Source of the DNA: Candidatus Eiseniibacteriota bacterium
Lineage (GTDB): Bacteria; Eisenbacteria; RBG-16-71-46; CAZEPH01
Direction: 5' to 3'
DNA length: 40,828 nt
Assembly (NCBI GenBank): GCA_044229145.1
Contig: JBGATO010000032.1
Span: 1-40,828 of the forward strand
The translations under genes were made by a program, and so were the position numbers. Within the stretch, counting starts at the first letter, position 1. The number at the start of each line of letters is the position of its first letter. Positions 32,764 to 40,828 of this stretch are shown here, in pieces. The notes under the pieces are model-generated. The model was not told the origin of the DNA. It saw only the letters and a list, made by a program, of their open reading frames with translations, and searched no databases.

Positions 32764-34575
32764 CTAGGAGACCGGCGCGTCCTCGCGCGCCGCGTCGCCG
32801 AATTGCTCGTCGTAGAGGGTGGCGTAGAGGCCGTCGAGCGCGAGCAACTCCTCGTGCGTGCCGCGCTCGACGATGCGGCCGCGGTCGAGTACCAGAATGA
32901 GATCGGCGCGCAGGATCGTGCTGAGGCGATGCGCGATGACCAGGCTGCTGCGGCCGGCGAGCACAGTCTCGAGCGCATCGCGGATCAGCGCTTCCGAACG
33001 CGAGTCGAGCGAACTGGTGGCTTCGTCGAGAATGAGGAGTCGCGGGTCGCGCAACACCACGCGCGCGAGCGCCAGGCGCTGCTTTTCGCCGCCACTTAGT
33101 TTGTAGCCGCGCTCGCCGACCACGGTCTCCAACCCGTCGGGCAGCGCTGCGATCACGTCCCACACCTGCGCGAGCCGGCAGGCGTTTTCGAGTTCGTCAC
33201 GTGTGGCATCCGGTTTGGCGTACCGGAGATTCTCCTCGACTGTCGCGTGGAAGAGCGTGGTCTCCTGCGTCACCTTCGCGGTCAATCGCGCGAGATCGGC
33301 GATGCGAAGCTGACGCAGATCGACCCCGTCGAACATCACCCGGCCGACGCTGGGATCGTACAGACGGGTCGCGAGATAGGTCAGCGTGGTCTTTCCGGCG
33401 CCGCTCGGACCCACCAATGCCACCATCTGACCTGGCTTCACCTCGAAGGAGATGTCCTGCACTGTAGGCGGCCCATCGACGACATACGACATCGAGACTT
33501 GATCGAACAGCATTGCCCCGCGAGGTTGATCAATGTTGATGGGTTGATTGGGGTCGTCAATGTCGATCGGCAAGTCAAGATAGTCGAAGATGCGACGGAA
33601 CAACGCGGCGGCCGACATGAGATCGACATGCACATTGACGAGGGCCGACACCGGCATGTAGAGCCGCCCGAGATAACTCACGAACGCCACGATGGTACCG
33701 ATGGTCACGCGACCGGCAATCGCCGCGTGCCCCCCGACGAGATAGATCAGGGCCGGCCCAACGCTCATGAACAGCATGAGGAACATGAGAAACCAGCGGC
33801 CGACCATGTTCTGCTTGATCTGGAGGTCGCGTACCGCGGCCGCTTTGCCGGCGAAGCGCTGACGCTCGTAGGCCTGCGCGCCGAACAGACGCGTCAACAG
33901 AAACCCGCTGACGCTCAGCGTCTCCTGGATGTAGGACGTCAGCTCGGCGAGCCGCTCCTGCGTCTCCTTCGAGATCTGCTTGCGGAGTTGCCCCACGCGT
34001 CGCGTCGGCAGGATGAATGCGGGAAGCACAGCGGCCGCCACCAGTGCGAGCTGCCAGTCGAGCCGAAAGATCACCACCAGCGTCGACAACACCACGAGCG
34101 CGTTGGTGACCAAACTCACCATCGTCCCGGTGATCACACCTTGGACGCCGCCGACATCGTTCTGCAGGCGCGAGAGGATCTCGCCGGATTGTGTGTCGGT
34201 GAAGAATCGGAGCGATTGGCGCAACAGCCTGTCGTACATGTCGGTGCGCATGCCGAACATCACCGACTGACCCATGACGGTCACGAGGTAGTTCTGCCAC
34301 ACGCCGATCAACCCGGCGAGCAGCGGCGCGCCAATCATGCCGGCGACCAACCAGTTGAGCCGCGCGCCGTCGCGCGCCGGAAGCGCCTTGTCGATGACTT
34401 CGCGGATCAGCAGCGGTGGAATCAACCCGAGCAGCGAGGTCAGCAGAATACACGTGACGATGAGCAGCGACGGCTGCCACGCCGGTAGCAAGTAGCGAAA
34501 GATGCGGCGCGCATCGGAGCGCGTCACCTTCACGCCTTTCGGCGCGATGTCGTAGTCGAAATGCCAGCCGCCCAT
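32764..34575 (-). CDS. ABC exporter, fused transmembrane and ATP-binding domains (MsbA/multidrug family)
   Basis: N-terminal TM helices; Walker A GPSGAGKT; LSGGEKQR; ILDEATSSLD; IAHRLST. Confidence 0.95.
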   Translation of the reverse strand: MGGWHFDYDIAPKGVKVTRSDARRIFRYLLPAWQPSLLIVTCILLTSLLGLIPPLLIREVIDKALPARDGARLNWLVAGMIGAPLLAGLIGVWQNYLVTVMGQSVMFGMRTDMYDRLLRQSLRFFTDTQSGEILSRLQNDVGGVQGVITGTMVSLVTNALVVLSTLVVIFRLDWQLALVAAAVLPAFILPTRRVGQLRKQISKETQERLAELTSYIQETLSVSGFLLTRLFGAQAYERQRFAGKAAAVRDLQIKQNMVGRWFLMFLMLFMSVGPALIYLVGGHAAIAGRVTIGTIVAFVSYLGRLYMPVSALVNVHVDLMSAAALFRRIFDYLDLPIDIDDPNQPINIDQPRGAMLFDQVSMSYVVDGPPTVQDISFEVKPGQMVALVGPSGAGKTTLTYLATRLYDPSVGRVMFDGVDLRQLRIADLARLTAKVTQETTLFHATVEENLRYAKPDATRDELENACRLAQVWDVIAALPDGLETVVGERGYKLSGGEKQRLALARVVLRDPRLLILDEATSSLDSRSEALIRDALETVLAGRSSLVIAHRLSTILRADLILVLDRGRIVERGTHEELLALDGLYATLYDEQFGDAAREDAPVS

Positions 34576-34584
34576 GGACTGCCA

Positions 34585-34613
34585 AGCATTGGCGGGCGGA
34601 CCGCGGGGGTCAA
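34585..34613 (-). promoter_or_regulatory. Candidate sigma70 promoter of the ABC exporter
   Basis: Minus strand TTGACC-N17-AATGCT, 9 nt upstream of ATG 34575. Confidence 0.5.
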
Positions 34614-34640
34614 GCGCCAACCCCGCGGCGCGACGCGATT

Positions 34641-35603
34641 CTACGCGCGGCGGGCCTTGAGCGCCTTCACCCGCGCCATCTGCGCTTCGGCTTCGGCGCA
34701 CGCCTTTTCGAGACCGCCGTTGGACGCCGAGCGCGTCGCCACGCCCAGCGAGGCGCGCACCCCCTTGCGCGACAGTGACGCCAACACGCGCCGCGCCAGC
34801 GCCGCCGCGGCGGTCGTGCCGCACTCCACCGCCAGCAGCGCGAATTCGTCGGCGTCGACGCGCGCCACGAGGTCGTGCGAGCGCGCGGCGGACTGCAAGC
34901 ACCGCGCGGCGCGCTTGATGTACTCGTCGCCGGCGTCGCGGCCGCCGGTGGCGTTGATCTTCTGCACGCCGTCGAGGTCGAGCCAGACGATCGACGCATA
35001 CGAACCGAACCGCGCGCAACGCTCCTCTTCGCGGCGAATCGACCGGTCCCAGCCGCGCCGGTTCACCAGGTTGGTCAGCGTGTCGACGGTGGTGGCGTCC
35101 TCGGCGCGCTCGGCACGGCGCTCGGCGTCGGCTGCCTTGAGCTCGGCGGACAGCACGGTGGAGAGCAGGCGCGCCGCCAACTCGAGGGTCGGCAATTCAC
35201 GCGACAGGTCGGTCGAATGCGCCTCGGGATCGAGCGCGCACAGGGTGCCGAACAAGGTGCCGTCGTTGCGGGTGAGCGGCACGCCCATGTACGCGCCGAC
35301 TTCCAACTGCTGCGTGAGCGGCGCATCGGCGAACACCGGCACCTCGCGAATCACCGGCGCGACGCGCGGGCCGTGCCCGGCCACCATGCGAGCGCAGTAC
35401 GAATCGCCCCAGCGAAACTCGTCGCCGCTGCCGAGGCCGTAGCCGTGGTCGAGCGACTGCAAGACCACCGCGTCGACGCCGTCGGTGCGGGTCACCATCC
35501 ACATTTGGAAACCGAGGCGTTCGTGCAGGTATTCGAGCACGGCGCGCGTCGCCATCGTGAAATCGGCGAACGACCAGTCGGGGAAGGCGGGTAGGCGGCT
35601 CAT
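34641..35603 (-). CDS. GAF plus GGDEF-domain protein with degenerate active site
   Basis: GAF: WMVTR...SYCARMV...AYMGVPL...GTLFGTLCALD. GGDEF domain: DTLTNLVNRRGW, DLDG..KIN...GD, RSHDLVARVDADEF. Confidence 0.88.
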   Translation of the reverse strand: MSRLPAFPDWSFADFTMATRAVLEYLHERLGFQMWMVTRTDGVDAVVLQSLDHGYGLGSGDEFRWGDSYCARMVAGHGPRVAPVIREVPVFADAPLTQQLEVGAYMGVPLTRNDGTLFGTLCALDPEAHSTDLSRELPTLELAARLLSTVLSAELKAADAERRAERAEDATTVDTLTNLVNRRGWDRSIRREEERCARFGSYASIVWLDLDGVQKINATGGRDAGDEYIKRAARCLQSAARSHDLVARVDADEFALLAVECGTTAAAALARRVLASLSRKGVRASLGVATRSASNGGLEKACAEAEAQMARVKALKARRA

Positions 35604-35716
35604 GTCCCTCTTGTCGGCAACCGTGGCGCGGGACTCCAGCTTGTGCGCGACGGGACGGAGGTCTAGCGTGGAGAAGTCCGCCCGTCGACCTCTGAGCCCA
35701 CCCTGGAGTCCACCCG

Positions 35717-37717
35717 ATGATCTCGCGTATCGCGCTGTGCGCCATGCTGCTGGCGCTGCCCGGCAGCCCGCGGATTGCCCTTGCCGCCCTGCCCGCGCTG
35801 ATCCCGCGCGAGGTGCTCTTCGCCGGGCCCGGGGCCGACGCGCCGGCGCTGTCACCGGACGGCACGCTGCTCGCGTTCACGGCGCCGGATTCGTCCCAGG
35901 TTTCGAACATCTTCGTGCGGCCGGTCGGCGCGCCGGCCTCTGCCGCGCGCGCCGTGACCCACGAATCGCGCGACCTCTTCGCGTTCCAGTGGGCGCCGGA
36001 CGGCCGCCACCTGCTCTTCCTGCGCGATGGCGACGGCGACGAGAACAACCACCTGTTCGCCGCCGGGCTCGACGACGGCGACGTGCGCGACCTCACGCCG
36101 TGGCGCGGTGTCCGCGTCGAAGGCATCCACAGCGACCCGCGCCATCCGCGCGAGGTGCTGGTCGGACTCAACCTCCGCGACCGCCACGTCTTCGACATCC
36201 ATCGCGTCGATCTCGTCACTGGCGCGGTCACACTCGACACGCAGAACCCCGGCGACGTCATCGATTGGACCGTCGACAACGACTTCCACGTGCGTGCGTG
36301 CTCGGCGCTCGACTCCACGGACGCCAGCATGCATCTGCGCGTGCGCGACACGCCGTCGGCGCCCTGGCGCGAGATCGCGCACTGGCCGATGGCGTCTCTG
36401 GGCAGCGATCGCACGCAGCGCATCGTCGGCTTCACGCCCGACAATCTCCTGCTCTATGTCCACGATCCGGCGGGTGCCAACACTTCGCGACTAGTCACGA
36501 TGGATCCGCGCGACGGTCGCGTGGTGACGGTGCTCGCCCACGATGCGCGCTGCGATCTCTCGGTGGGTGAAGCGCTCGGCGGCGGCATGGATCAACTGCT
36601 CGCGCTCACGCATCCGGCCACCGGCGCCATTCAGGCCGTCGCAATCGAGTACCTGCTCCCCGACTGGATCGTCCTGGATCGCGCGATTGCCGGCGATCTC
36701 GACTTCCTGCGCGCGCAACACCGCGGCGAGGTACAAGTCCTGTCGCGGTCGCACGACGACAACACGTGGCTCGTCGCGTACATGCCGGACGACGCGAGCC
36801 GCGCGTTCTACACCTACGACCGCGCGGCGCGGCGGCTGTCGTTGGTGTTCGTCGCGCAGCCGGCGATGGCGGGTCACACCTTCGCGCCGATGAAGCCGTT
36901 CGCGGTGAAGGCACGCGATGGAATGTCGCTGCCGTGTTACCTCACGCTGCCCGCCGGCGTGCCGGCGCGCGGGCTGCCGATGGTGGTGGTGCCGCACGGC
37001 GGGCCGTGGTGGTGCACGCCGTGGGGCTTCGACCCCGAAGTGCAGTGGCTCGCCAATCGCGGCTACGCGGTGCTCAGCGTCAACTTCCGTTCGTCCACGG
37101 GTTACGGCCGCGCGCTGCTCAACGGTGGCGACGGTGAATACGGCAGCGGCAAAGTGCTCGGCGACATCCTCGATGCGACGCGTGCGGCGGTCGAGCGCGG
37201 CATCGCGGACCCCAAACGCCTCGGGATTCTCGGCTGGTCGTTCGGCGGTTACGCGACGCTGTGCGCGCTGACCTTCGCGCCCCAGGTGTATGCGTGCGGG
37301 GTGGATGGTGTCGGGCCGTCGGACCTCGCGACGCTGTTCGCGTCGTTTCCGTCGTATTGGGGGCCGCGGCTGGTGCGCTGGAAGGCACGCATGGGCGACG
37401 TGACGCGCGACCCGGCGCTCAACGCGCGGCTCTCACCGCTCGCGCATGTCGATGCGATTCGCGCGCCACTGCTCATCGGCCACGGCGTGCACGACCCGCG
37501 CGTCTCGCTCGCCAATTCGGAGAAGATCGTCGCGGCGATGCGCGCGCGCGGCCTGCCGGTGACGTTCGTGGTCTATCCCGACGAAGGACACGGATTCGTG
37601 CGCCCCGCCAACAATCTCGATTTCTACGGACGCGCGGAGGAATTCTTGGCAGCGCATCTCGGCGGCCGCGCGGAACCATGGCGCGCGGAGAAGGGGGCGA
37701 CGGGAGAGGTGCGCTAG
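35717..37717 (+). CDS. S9 family peptidase (prolyl oligopeptidase/acylaminoacyl peptidase-like), secreted
   Basis: Signal peptide; LIPREVLF; DGDEN; PHGGPW; nucleophile GWSFGGY; HDPRV; YPDEGHGF. Confidence 0.95.
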   Translation: MISRIALCAMLLALPGSPRIALAALPALIPREVLFAGPGADAPALSPDGTLLAFTAPDSSQVSNIFVRPVGAPASAARAVTHESRDLFAFQWAPDGRHLLFLRDGDGDENNHLFAAGLDDGDVRDLTPWRGVRVEGIHSDPRHPREVLVGLNLRDRHVFDIHRVDLVTGAVTLDTQNPGDVIDWTVDNDFHVRACSALDSTDASMHLRVRDTPSAPWREIAHWPMASLGSDRTQRIVGFTPDNLLLYVHDPAGANTSRLVTMDPRDGRVVTVLAHDARCDLSVGEALGGGMDQLLALTHPATGAIQAVAIEYLLPDWIVLDRAIAGDLDFLRAQHRGEVQVLSRSHDDNTWLVAYMPDDASRAFYTYDRAARRLSLVFVAQPAMAGHTFAPMKPFAVKARDGMSLPCYLTLPAGVPARGLPMVVVPHGGPWWCTPWGFDPEVQWLANRGYAVLSVNFRSSTGYGRALLNGGDGEYGSGKVLGDILDATRAAVERGIADPKRLGILGWSFGGYATLCALTFAPQVYACGVDGVGPSDLATLFASFPSYWGPRLVRWKARMGDVTRDPALNARLSPLAHVDAIRAPLLIGHGVHDPRVSLANSEKIVAAMRARGLPVTFVVYPDEGHGFVRPANNLDFYGRAEEFLAAHLGGRAEPWRAEKGATGEVR

Positions 37718-37890
37718 GAAGCGAGACTGTGCCCGAGGGCGGCGCGCGCCGCGTTCACGGCGTGCGGCGCGCGGGTCAGGAGGTTACGCGCCGTCGCCGC
37801 CGCGTCGCCGGCGGGGACGCAGGGATTTCCTCGGCCCGGCCGATGTGCGAAGCTCAAGTATCGTCGTCGAATCTCGAGGAGGACCTGTCC

Positions 37891-39078
37891 ATGCCCGCCT
37901 GCCGCGTCCCGCTGATGGGATGGCTCATCGCACTGGTGTCCGCGCAACTGGCCACTGCCGCCCCTCTCCCCCCCTACGTGGGGCACCCCACAGGCCTCGC
38001 CATCGCCCCGGAGGCGGAGTACGAAGAGTTCGCCGAAGTGGAAATGCCGCTGGCGGACCGCGCCGAGCCGCACATGGTGCGCGGTCACCATTGGCTGGTG
38101 GACACCAACCTGCCGGACGTGCCGGTGGACGCCCCGCCGGCGACGGTGTGGAACCGCGTGCGCGGGCTGTTCCCGGCGCCCGGATGGAAGATCGCCTGGC
38201 ACAATGGCACCGAGGTCACGGCGCACTACGCGGCGGCAGGCCGCGAGGCGTGGGGCCGCATCAACTACGCCGACCCGAGCGACATGCGGCTCACGGTGCT
38301 CGAACTCGCGGCGCAGACGCGCGCGCTGACGCTGGTCCCCCCCGGCAAGACGCCGGAAAAGTTCGGCCCCACGGACGACATACCGTACCTGGTGCCGCTG
38401 CCTGGTTCGTCGTTGGTCAGCGGCGAGTTCGAGGACGCGCCCTTCGTCGCCTCGCTCTCCGAAGGCGACGAAGGCACCGTGCTGGCGCACGGCTATCACG
38501 ATCGCCTCTACGCCGGGCCGCCGGAGAACATCTCGCCGTTGCAGGTCAGCGCCATCTACGGCCCCGCGCTGCGTGCCGCGGGCTGGACGATCGTGCATGA
38601 GTGGAGCGGCGGCTACCTCGCCCACTTCACGCAGAACGGCCGCGACGTCTGGGCGACGATCGGCTCGGGCTCCGGCGATATCCACATCCGTGTGGCCGAC
38701 GCAGGGACGGCCGACTTCACCGGCCGCCTGCGGAAGGAGTGCCGCGCCGCGCTCGACGGGGTGCTGTTCGAGTTCAACAAGTCGGTGCTGCGCGCCGATT
38801 CGGCTCCGGCGCTGGAACGGGCGCAGACGGCGATCCTGGCAATGCCGGACGTCGCCTTCGAGATCCAGGGACACACCGACAACGTCGGTACCGCCGAGTA
38901 CAATCGCACGCTGTCGCAGGCGCGGGCGCAGAGCGTGACGCGGTGGCTGGTCGAGCACGGGGTGCCCGCCGCCCGCCTGACCAGCACCGGTTACGGCAAG
39001 GCGCACCCGGTAGCGTCCAACGACACGCCCGAGGGCCGGGCGCAGAACCGGCGCGTCGAGTTGACGTGTAAGAAGTAG
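37891..39078 (+). CDS. OmpA-family protein (C-terminal peptidoglycan-binding domain) with duplicated N-terminal domain
   Basis: Signal peptide; VLFEFNKS, IQGHTDNVG, N..LSQARA, GYG..HPVASNDT.EGRAQNRRVE; GAGGAGG SD. Confidence 0.92.
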   Translation: MPACRVPLMGWLIALVSAQLATAAPLPPYVGHPTGLAIAPEAEYEEFAEVEMPLADRAEPHMVRGHHWLVDTNLPDVPVDAPPATVWNRVRGLFPAPGWKIAWHNGTEVTAHYAAAGREAWGRINYADPSDMRLTVLELAAQTRALTLVPPGKTPEKFGPTDDIPYLVPLPGSSLVSGEFEDAPFVASLSEGDEGTVLAHGYHDRLYAGPPENISPLQVSAIYGPALRAAGWTIVHEWSGGYLAHFTQNGRDVWATIGSGSGDIHIRVADAGTADFTGRLRKECRAALDGVLFEFNKSVLRADSAPALERAQTAILAMPDVAFEIQGHTDNVGTAEYNRTLSQARAQSVTRWLVEHGVPAARLTSTGYGKAHPVASNDTPEGRAQNRRVELTCKK

Positions 39079-39102
39079 CGTCCGCGCCGCGCCGCCAGAC
39101 AC

Positions 39103-39139
39103 CGAACGCCACGCCCGGCGACTCCGAGCGTGGCGTTCG
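39103..39139. terminator. Probable bidirectional terminator hairpin between convergent genes
   Basis: 12-bp perfect stem CGAACGCCACGC / GCGTGGCGTTCG. Confidence 0.65.
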
Positions 39140-39165
39140 CGCGTGACAGGAGAGCGAGCTGCCCC

Positions 39166-40284
39166 CTACCGCACCCACACCATGCGGCGCGAACGTGTCT
39201 CCGTGCCGAGACGCGCATGCAACACGTAGCACCCGCTCGCCAGCGCACCCGGCTGCCAGGTGCGCGCAGTGCGCCCGGCGCTGATGTGTTCGGGCGCCAG
39301 CGGCCGCGCGACGGCACGGCCCGCGAGATCGTACGCGTCGACGACGACATCGGTGTCGCGCGGGAGATCGAACTCCAACGTCAGCGGCTGCCCTGGCGCG
39401 GCAGCATGCACCGCGAACGCCGCACCCGCCGACGGCTCCGGTGCGCCGACCGCCGTCGCGTTCGGCTGATCGCTGGCGAGCGCGAGCACAGACATCTGGC
39501 CGATCGCGCCGCGCCACGTCCACGTCACGCCGTCGCTGCTGGTCGCCGCTTCCCCGGTGGCAGCACACGCGACCAACTCCGTCGAGCCGCCGAGCAATGC
39601 GGTCATGCCCGATTGGGACAGCGTGCCGACAAACGTCCACGTCGTGCCGCTGTCGGCACTGCTCGCAACATCGCCGGTGGCGGTGAGCACGTAGAACTTG
39701 TTCGCGAACGCGGTGACGCCGACGGCATCGGACACCGTCAGGGTGCCGGCGGCGGTCCACGTCGCGCCGCCATCGCTCGAGCGATACGCGCCACCGGTGC
39801 GGCTCACCGCGACGAGCGTCGTCCCGAGCCGCGCGACGCCGGCGAGATCCGGCGCCGCGATCGCGCCGACCGCCGTCCACGTCGCGCCCGCATCGAGCGA
39901 CGCGTACACGCTGCCGCTGTGGGTCATCAGCACGAAGCGTCCCGTGTACGGCGCGAGCGCGGCGACATCGTGCGCCGGCACCGCGCCGATCGCCGTCCAT
40001 GTGACACCCGCGTCGAGCGAGCGATAGAACGAGCCCGAGGCCGACGCGAGATACAACTCGCTGCTCGTCGCGCCGGCCAGCAGCGCGCGCGCGTCATGCA
40101 CCGGCAGCGCGGCACGCGCCGTCCACGACACGCCGTTCGTCGTGCTGGCGTACAACTCGCCGGTGTTTACGAGGCCGAAGTAGGTGAGTGCGCGGGCGGC
40201 GGGCGCCCAGCCTGCGAGCAGACTCGCCAGCAGCAGCTGCCCGGCACTGAGCCAGATGTGTCGGAGAGGTCGCATGCCATTCAT
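39166..40284 (-). CDS. Secreted Asp-box/BNR-repeat beta-propeller protein with FlgD-Ig/T9SS-CTD-like C-terminus
   Basis: Signal peptide ending APAARA; six repeats of about 40 aa containing S.D.G.TW or a close variant; C-terminus VDAYDLAGRAVA...AGRTARTW...LASGCYVL...RRMVWVR. Alternative start at 40275. Confidence 0.85.
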   Translation of the reverse strand: MNGMRPLRHIWLSAGQLLLASLLAGWAPAARALTYFGLVNTGELYASTTNGVSWTARAALPVHDARALLAGATSSELYLASASGSFYRSLDAGVTWTAIGAVPAHDVAALAPYTGRFVLMTHSGSVYASLDAGATWTAVGAIAAPDLAGVARLGTTLVAVSRTGGAYRSSDGGATWTAAGTLTVSDAVGVTAFANKFYVLTATGDVASSADSGTTWTFVGTLSQSGMTALLGGSTELVACAATGEAATSSDGVTWTWRGAIGQMSVLALASDQPNATAVGAPEPSAGAAFAVHAAAPGQPLTLEFDLPRDTDVVVDAYDLAGRAVARPLAPEHISAGRTARTWQPGALASGCYVLHARLGTETRSRRMVWVR

Positions 40285-40367
40285 CGTACCACGGCCCGCA
40301 TGCTTGTGTGACGGGTGTCCGTGCGTCTCGCGCGGAGCAGGCAGATCCCGGACCCAGCTGCGCGGCG

Positions 40368-40826
40368 CTATTCGCCCTCGGCGATGAAGGCGCCCCAGGC
40401 AGCCGGATGTGTGCCACCTCGGGCGCGCTGGCTGGCCAAGACCTGGAGGGTCGCGGTACGCACGGCAGCTGGCGCGTCCTGGTGCCCACCGCGCCAGGCG
40501 CCGTAGAGCGCGGCCATGAAGTCGCGGGCCGCGTCGTCGCGCACGTCCCAGAGGCTGAGCACGAGCGTGCGCACCCCGGCGGACCGGAAGGCTCGCCGCA
40601 GTCCAAAGAGGCCTTCGCCCCCCAGCGGAACGCCTTGGCCGGTTCCGCATCCCGAGAGCACCGCCCATTCGACCCCGCGCAGGTCGAGCGCCGCGATCTC
40701 GGCGCCGGTCAGGATGCCGTCGTCTCCCGGCCGCGATGCGCGGGATGCGCGGTTGGCACCCGCGAGCGCGAGTCCGCACCGCGCGAGCGGATCGGAGACG
40801 GGGCGGCGGTCCGCGGGAGTGGATCC
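40368..40826 (-). CDS. CHAT-domain (caspase/HetF-like) protein, C-terminal part; 5' end outside the window
   Basis: The frame is open to the window edge: PLARCGLALAGAN...DDGILTGAEIAALDL.GVEWAVLSGCGTG.G....GEGLFGLRRAF..AG...LVLSLW.V.D...HPAAWGAF. Confidence 0.92.
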   Translation of the reverse strand, partial: GSTPADRRPVSDPLARCGLALAGANRASRASRPGDDGILTGAEIAALDLRGVEWAVLSGCGTGQGVPLGGEGLFGLRRAFRSAGVRTLVLSLWDVRDDAARDFMAALYGAWRGGHQDAPAAVRTATLQVLASQRARGGTHPAAWGAFIAEGE

Positions 40827-40828
40827 CA

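Noticed and set aside
1..40828. tRNA, rRNA, known riboswitches, transposases, integrases or prophage genes
   Set aside because: No intergenic region shows a cloverleaf or a riboswitch consensus I recognise, and no ORF has mobile-element motifs. An Infernal/Rfam and tRNAscan run would be the decisive check.

Overview
High-GC (roughly 70% by inspection) bacterial chromosomal segment with about 30 protein-coding genes. I see no rRNA, tRNA, CRISPR array or mobile element. Left to right: the 3' end of an enoyl-CoA hydratase; a degenerate NmrA-like gene divergent from a TetR regulator; the soluble transhydrogenase sthA; a leucine-catabolism-type cluster (biotin carboxylase, separate biotin carrier, HMG-CoA lyase) running straight into an addB-addA helicase-nuclease pair; a minus-strand efflux module (membrane fusion protein, RND permease, PII-like protein, DUF2892/YgaP-like protein, soluble P-type-ATPase-like HAD protein) head-to-head with an ECF sigma factor fused to a Cys-rich zinc-finger anti-sigma-like domain; two divergent secreted proteins with different C-terminal tails (FlgD/T9SS-CTD-like, and TWGxIKxLY); pfkA-mutM-fadI-fadJ; an SDR-like protein; a SAM methyltransferase; a diheme PufC-like cytochrome c; an ABC exporter; a GAF plus degenerate GGDEF protein; an S9 peptidase; an OmpA-family protein; an Asp-box repeat secreted protein; and the 3' end of a CHAT-domain gene. 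The secreted-protein tails suggest a high-GC FCB-related lineage such as Ca. Eisenbacteria, Krumholzibacteriota or Latescibacterota (inference). The best candidates for an undescribed system are the fused ECF/zinc-finger sigma with its RND/PII-like/DUF2892 module, and the C-terminal sorting tails. All calls come from motif recognition by eye; no database search was run.
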